Positions 27,093 to 32,000 of a stretch of DNA of 32,000 nt are shown here, one piece after another. The stretch spans positions 4,800,001 through 4,832,000 of the forward strand of contig LT962688.1 of NCBI GenBank assembly GCA_900234795.1. The letters run 5' to 3'. Source of the DNA: Methylorubrum extorquens (GTDB lineage Bacteria; Pseudomonadota; Alphaproteobacteria; Rhizobiales; Beijerinckiaceae). The position numbers were made by a program, and so were the translations under genes. Below the pieces are notes generated by a model. The model was given only the letters and a program-made list of their open reading frames with translations. It ran no database searches and was not told the DNA's origin. How positions within the stretch are numbered: position 1 is the stretch's first letter; every line of letters starts with the position of its first letter.

Positions 27093-27209
27093 TTCTCGCC
27101 TCCGTCATGCGAGGCGAGGCGTCAGCGATCCAGGGCGCGAGCGTGCCGGATCGGACACGCCGCGGCTGGACGGCTTCCCCCCGCTCGCCCTGACGGACGT
27201 GCGAGAAAA

Positions 27210-27995
27210 CTACTGCCCGTCGATCCGCGCGCCGAGGAGCGCGATGGCGCGCTGGTAGACGCCGGCCGCGTTCCAGCCCTGGATCGCGGCGAAGTTCGGC
27301 TCGCCGGGCTGGTAGCCCGCGCCGCGCTGCCAACCGTGACCCTTCAGGAAGTTGGCAGTGGAGTTCAGCGCGACCGGCGCGCTGTCGAGGCTGCCGCCGA
27401 CGCCGTAGGTCAGGACGTTCTTGGGCAGGAACTGGGTGTGGCCGACTTCGCCATGGGCAGCACCCCGGGTCGCCGGGGTCAGCACGCCGCTATCGACGAG
27501 CTTGAGCGCGGCGTAGAGCTGATCGGTGAAGTAGGCCGAGCGGCGGCAATCGTAGGCCAGCGTGGCCACCGCCGAGAGGGTGTTGACGTTGCCCTTCACC
27601 GCACCGAAGCCGGTCTCCATGCCCCAGATCGCCAGCAGCGGGCCCGGCGGCACGCCGTAGCGCTGCTCGATCGAGGCGAAGAGCGCCGCGTTCTGTGCTT
27701 TGAGGGCGCGCCCGCGAGAGACGATGGTGTTGCCGCCGCGCTTGGCCAGGAACTGGTCGAGCGAGAGTTTGAAGCTCTTCTGGCCGCGATCGGCCGAGAT
27801 GGTCGCGGTGGAGTAGGACGTGTTGGCGAGTGCCGCGAGCGAGGCCGGGCTCGCCCGGCCCTTGGCCTCGGCGGCGAACTCGTCCTTCCAGGCCTCGAAG
27901 CCGGCGGCATTGTTGCCGCACTGCGCCGCCTGCGCCGTGCCGGCCAGCCCCATCAGGGCGGCGGCGGCGACCATTCTCAAACCGTGTCCGGTCAT
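27210..27995 (-). CDS. Lytic murein transglycosylase (MltB / SLT_2 family)
   Basis: Signal peptide MTGHGLRMVAAAALMGLAGTAQA/A, then YGVPPGPLLAIWGMETGFG (catalytic Glu region) and HGEVGHTQFLP. GGAG lies 6 nt upstream of ATG 27995. Confidence 0.85.
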   Translation of the reverse strand: MTGHGLRMVAAAALMGLAGTAQAAQCGNNAAGFEAWKDEFAAEAKGRASPASLAALANTSYSTATISADRGQKSFKLSLDQFLAKRGGNTIVSRGRALKAQNAALFASIEQRYGVPPGPLLAIWGMETGFGAVKGNVNTLSAVATLAYDCRRSAYFTDQLYAALKLVDSGVLTPATRGAAHGEVGHTQFLPKNVLTYGVGGSLDSAPVALNSTANFLKGHGWQRGAGYQPGEPNFAAIQGWNAAGVYQRAIALLGARIDGQ

Positions 27996-28316
27996 TCCAC
28001 ACTCCATCAGGCGGCGGCCTCACGCGGCGCCGCGGCAATCACAGGGCTTCGGCCGTTGCGCGGCAGCGGGCGAGCCCGACCATCGGAGCCCACGCCCGTT
28101 ACCTTGAGTTCGGACGAACCATACCTTGGCAGAATCACCGAGCTGTGGCGGCGGTGAGGCACGAAAGGCCCTGCAACGCCACTATCCTGCGGACATGATT
28201 GGATTGGTTACCGGCAGATTGCAGCCGATCCCGCTCGGAATGCCTCACGAAACGCCCGATCACCGATCGTCTTCCCTCGGGGCAGGGCGGTGCAGCGGGC
28301 GTCTTGTGAGAGACAC

Positions 28317-31300
28317 TCAGTTCACCTCCACCTGCACCACCCCCGGCACGGCACGCAGCGCACCCGCAACCTGCGGGGTCGCCTGGTAGCGATCCTTCAG
28401 CCGCACCTCGACCTCGCGCTCGCCGCCATCGAGGATGAGGATCAGCGAGACTTCGCCTTCGCCGCGCAGGGTCAGGCGCTGCTGCACCGAACTCAAGGCG
28501 CGGTCGTCGCGCAGGAAGATGCGCATGCCCTTCTGGTGGCGGGCGGCGGCCTGATCGAGGGGCTCGGCGGTGGTGATGCGGGCGCGCACGTCCTCGCCCT
28601 CCAGGTTGGCCTGGATCGTCAGCACCAGCGGGCGGCCGGGCTCGAGGATGTCGCGGTACTGGTTCAGCCCCTCGGAGAAGATGATCGCCTCGAAATGCCC
28701 GGTCTGGTCCGAGAGGATGACGATGCCGAGCTTGTTGCCGCTCTTGGTGCGGCGCTCCGAGCGGTCGAGCACCGAGGCAGCGATCCGCCCGACGCTGGCC
28801 GTGCCCGCCCGCACCGCCCGGCAGAAATCCGCCCAGGACTGGACCCGCAGCTTTTCGAGGATCGGCCCGTACTCGTCGAGCGGATGGCCCGAGAGGAAGA
28901 AGCCGATGGCGTCGCATTCGCGCTTGAGCTTGTCGGTGTGGGTCCAGAACTCGTGCGGCGGGATGCGTAAAGCCACATCCACCGAGGCGACGCCGCCGAA
29001 CATATCGGTGATGCCCGAAGTCTCGGCCTCGGCCGCGCCCTGGGCCATCTTCATCATCGGCTCGACCGCGGCCCAGGCGCGCGCCCGGTCCGGTTCGATG
29101 CAGTCCAGCGCGCCGGCCGCAATCAGGTTTTCCAGCGTGCGCTTGTTGACGTGGCGCGGGTTCAGGCGCCGGGCGAAGCAGGCGAGGTCCTTGAACGGCT
29201 TGTCGCCGCGCGCGGCCACGATCGACTCCACCGCCGAGCGGCCGACGCCCTTGATCGCGGCGAGCGCGTAGAGGATGCGCCCCTCCCGCACGTCGAACAC
29301 CACGCCCGAGGTGTTCACGGAAGGCGGCTCGACCGTGATCTTCAGGCGCTGCGCGTCCTGGCGGAATTCGGCGAGCTTGTCGGTGTTGTCGATGTCGAGG
29401 GTCATGGCCGCGGCCAGGAACTCGACCGGATGGTTCGCCTTCAGATAGGCGGTCTGGTAGGTCACCAGCGCGTAGGCGGCCGCGTGGGACTTGTTGAAGC
29501 CGTAATCGGCGAACTTGGCCAAGAGGTCGAAGATCTCGTCGGCCTTGGCCTTGGTCAGGCCGTTCTCGGTGCAGCCCTTCACGAAGCGGTCGCGCTGGGC
29601 GTCCATCTCCGCCTTAATCTTCTTGCCCATGGCGCGGCGGAGCATGTCGGCCTCGCCCAGCGTGTAGCCGGCGAGAACCTTGGCGACCTCCATCACCTGC
29701 TCTTGGTAGACGATGATCCCGAAGGTCTCCTTCAGGATCGGCTCCAGCATCGGGTGCGAGTACCAGCTCGCCTCGTTGCCGGCGTCGCGCCCGAGCTTGC
29801 GCTCGCAATAGACCGGGATGTTGGCCATCGGGCCCGGCCGGTAGAGCGCCACCAGCGCGATGATGTCCTCCAGGCGGTCGGCCTGCATCTCGCAGAGCGC
29901 CTTGCGCATACCGGCGGATTCCACCTGGAACACCGCGACCGTCTCGCCGCGGCCCATCGGCTCGTAGGTCTTCTTGTCGTCGAGCGGAATCTGGGCGAGA
30001 TCGACCTCGATGCCGCGCTGCTTGAGCAGATCCGTGCAGCACCGCAGCATGGTGAGCGTCTTGAGGCCGAGGAAGTCGAACTTCACGAGGCCGGCTTGCT
30101 CGACCCACTTCATATTGAACTGGGTCACCCGCATGCCCGTCTTCGGGTCTCGATAGAGCGGCACCAGTTCTTCGAGCGGCCGGTCGCCGATCACCACGCC
30201 GGCGGCGTGAGTCGAGGCGTGGCGGTGCAGGCCCTCCAGCTTCTTCGATATCTCGATGAGGCGGGCGACGATCGGCTCCTCCTCGATCGCCTGCTGCAGC
30301 TTGGGCTCGCCCTCGATGGCTTGCGCCAGCGTCACGGGGTTGGCCGGGTTCTGCGGCACGAGCTTGGTCAGCTTGTCGACCTGCCCGTAGGGCATTTCCA
30401 GCACGCGGCCGACGTCGCGCAGCACGCCGCGGGCGAGCAACGTACCGAAGGTGATGATCTGCCCGACCTGCCGCTCGCCGTAGCGCTGCTGCACGTAGCG
30501 GATCACCCGTTCGCGGCCCTCGACGCAGAAGTCGATGTCGAAGTCCGGCATCGAGACGCGTTCGGGGTTGAGGAAGCGCTCGAACAGCAGGCCGAAGCGC
30601 AGCGGGTCGAGGTCGGTGATGAGGAGCGACCACGCCACCAGTGAGCCCGCACCCGAGCCGCGGCCCGGCCCCACGGGAATGTCGTGGTCCTTGGCCCACT
30701 TGATGAAGTCCGAGACGATCAGGAAGTAGCCCGGGAACTTCATCTTGACGATGACGTCGAGCTCGAACTTCAGCCGCGCGCGGTAATCCTCCTCCGTGAA
30801 GCCCGGCGCGGTGCCGTGCTGCTTCAAGCGCAGCTCCAGCCCGGCCTCGGCCTGTCGGCACAGCTCGGTCGGCTCGTCGGCGGCCACCGCCTGAACCGGC
30901 GTCTCGGCGGCTTCGGCTAGTGCGTCGGCCATGGGCGGCGCCTCGCCCGCGGCGACGCTGGCGAAGTTCGGCAGGATCGGTTTGCGGGTTCGCGCCCGGT
31001 AAGAGCAGCGCATGGCGATCTCGACGGAGGCCGAGAGCGCGTCCGGCAGATCGCGGAACAGCTCCATCATCGCGGCGCGCGTGGTGAAGGCGTGGCGCGG
31101 GGTGAGCCGGCGGCGGCGCTCGTCGGAGACGAGGCGGCCTTCGGCGATGGCGAGCAGCGCGTCGTGGGCGTCGTAATCGCCGGGCTTGGCGAAGAACGGC
31201 TCGTTGGTGGCGACGATGCCAAGGCCGTTCGTGTCCGCGAGCCGCAGCAATTCGCGCTCGACGGCGCGCTCGTCGTCGAGGCCGTGGCGCTGGATCTCGA

Positions 31301-31838
31301 CGTAGAGGTGCTCCTCGCCGAACGCCCCCTTCAGGATCTCCAGGCGGCGCGCGGCCTGATCGACGCGGCCCGCACGCAGGCTGGTGTCGAGCGGCCCCGA
31401 GAGCCCGCCGGTGAGACCGATCAGCCCCTCGACATTGCCCTCCAGCGCCGAGACCGCGATGTTGGGCGCGGCGCCGAGCGGACCATCGAAATGGGCCCGG
31501 CTGCCGAGCCGCAGCAGGTTGCCGTAGCCGGTCTCGTCCTGGGCGAGCAGCACGATGTTGGCGCAGCCGGCCTGGGGCAGGCGTGCCATCGGGTCCGGCG
31601 CCTCGAAGCAGATCGTGAGCTGCAGGCCCGCGATCGGCTGGATCCCCGCCTTGGCGGCGTATTCGGAAAATTCCAGCGCCCCGAACAGGTTGTTGGTGTC
31701 GGTGAGCGCGAGAGCGGGCTGCCGGTCGGCCGCGGCCGCCTTGACGAGATCACCCGCCTTCACGCCGCCTTCGAGCAGCGAGTAGGACGAGTGGACATGG
31801 AGGTGGACGAAGCCGACCTCTTTGAGTGTGCGCGCCAT
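28317..31838 (-). CDS. dnaE: DNA polymerase III subunit alpha
   Basis: 1173 aa with a PHP domain N-terminus (FVHLHVHSSYSLLEGG), polymerase core (GPGRGSGAGSLVAWSLLITDLDPL, PDFDIDF), HhH and OB-fold regions. Confidence 0.97.
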   Translation of the reverse strand: MARTLKEVGFVHLHVHSSYSLLEGGVKAGDLVKAAAADRQPALALTDTNNLFGALEFSEYAAKAGIQPIAGLQLTICFEAPDPMARLPQAGCANIVLLAQDETGYGNLLRLGSRAHFDGPLGAAPNIAVSALEGNVEGLIGLTGGLSGPLDTSLRAGRVDQAARRLEILKGAFGEEHLYVEIQRHGLDDERAVERELLRLADTNGLGIVATNEPFFAKPGDYDAHDALLAIAEGRLVSDERRRRLTPRHAFTTRAAMMELFRDLPDALSASVEIAMRCSYRARTRKPILPNFASVAAGEAPPMADALAEAAETPVQAVAADEPTELCRQAEAGLELRLKQHGTAPGFTEEDYRARLKFELDVIVKMKFPGYFLIVSDFIKWAKDHDIPVGPGRGSGAGSLVAWSLLITDLDPLRFGLLFERFLNPERVSMPDFDIDFCVEGRERVIRYVQQRYGERQVGQIITFGTLLARGVLRDVGRVLEMPYGQVDKLTKLVPQNPANPVTLAQAIEGEPKLQQAIEEEPIVARLIEISKKLEGLHRHASTHAAGVVIGDRPLEELVPLYRDPKTGMRVTQFNMKWVEQAGLVKFDFLGLKTLTMLRCCTDLLKQRGIEVDLAQIPLDDKKTYEPMGRGETVAVFQVESAGMRKALCEMQADRLEDIIALVALYRPGPMANIPVYCERKLGRDAGNEASWYSHPMLEPILKETFGIIVYQEQVMEVAKVLAGYTLGEADMLRRAMGKKIKAEMDAQRDRFVKGCTENGLTKAKADEIFDLLAKFADYGFNKSHAAAYALVTYQTAYLKANHPVEFLAAAMTLDIDNTDKLAEFRQDAQRLKITVEPPSVNTSGVVFDVREGRILYALAAIKGVGRSAVESIVAARGDKPFKDLACFARRLNPRHVNKRTLENLIAAGALDCIEPDRARAWAAVEPMMKMAQGAAEAETSGITDMFGGVASVDVALRIPPHEFWTHTDKLKRECDAIGFFLSGHPLDEYGPILEKLRVQSWADFCRAVRAGTASVGRIAASVLDRSERRTKSGNKLGIVILSDQTGHFEAIIFSEGLNQYRDILEPGRPLVLTIQANLEGEDVRARITTAEPLDQAAARHQKGMRIFLRDDRALSSVQQRLTLRGEGEVSLILILDGGEREVEVRLKDRYQATPQVAGALRAVPGVVQVEVN

Positions 31839-32000
31839 GGAGGACCCTGCTCGGAGCCCGCTAAGATCGCCGCTCCATGCCTTCCGAGTCTGTCACCAAG
31901 GCGCCGCACCGCAGGCGATATCCACCGTTCTTCGAGCTTGACGCCGAACGGAGGGGGGAGGCGGGCGGAAACCACCTGTCCGCCACCTTTTCCTGTGAGC

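Noticed and set aside
22802-31975. ORFs antisense or out of frame to parC, recO, chaC, the transglycosylase and dnaE (for example 22802-24079 plus, 24732-25922 plus, 25604-26455 minus, 27336-28157 plus, 28135-28917 minus, 29151-30644 plus, 29614-30861 minus).
   Set aside because: Same reasoning: these are shadow ORFs without motifs, overlapping well-supported genes.
1-32000. Screened by eye for CRISPR arrays, tRNA/rRNA genes, IS elements, transposases, integrases, phage genes, toxin-antitoxin pairs and known defence genes.
   Set aside because: I found no regularly spaced direct repeats, no T-loop/acceptor-like tRNA signatures, and no ORF with transposase, integrase or defence-type motifs. 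Absence is by inspection only; tRNAscan-SE, cmscan and defence-system HMM searches would be the definitive checks.

Overview
Very GC-rich alphaproteobacterial chromosome segment. I estimate about two-thirds to 70% GC by eye, not computed. Gene content and order look like Hyphomicrobiales/Rhizobiales; Methylobacterium-like is only a guess. Coordinates 1-13.8 kb, all on the + strand, carry the distal complex I operon (nuoI 3' end, nuoJKLMN), then birA, RNase J, methylmalonyl-CoA epimerase, DUF1467, proS, lolC/E and lolD. Coordinates 13.8-22.1 kb look more accessory. They hold an ExoD-family protein and a BcsS-like protein, divergent across the only AT-rich patch in the window. They also hold an SDR, a formyltransferase-like gene, DUF2256, a four-gene molybdenum-cofactor maturation operon (split XdhC, MoeA-like, MocA-like) and an orphan LivK-like binding protein. 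Coordinates 22.1-32 kb carry infA, parC, recO, a small lipoprotein, chaC, a lytic murein transglycosylase and dnaE. I recognised no rRNA, tRNA, CRISPR array, transposase, integrase, toxin-antitoxin or defence gene. I did not find a convincing novel multigene system. The observations most worth follow-up are: (1) a ~100-bp bipartite hairpin repeat family with 3 clear copies (one inside the nuo operon, two in tandem) whose stems covary; (2) a promoter-plus-terminator pair on the minus strand, suggesting an unannotated ~150-nt sRNA in the long spacer upstream of proS; (3) a +1 frameshift in a C6 run of the essential lolD gene; (4) a 68-residue loop in NuoL with 18 His; (5) a palindromic ~20-codon in-frame insertion in birA; (6) a 17-bp inverted repeat at the start of the infA leader. 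The many long ORFs antisense or out of frame to these genes are high-GC shadow ORFs and were rejected.
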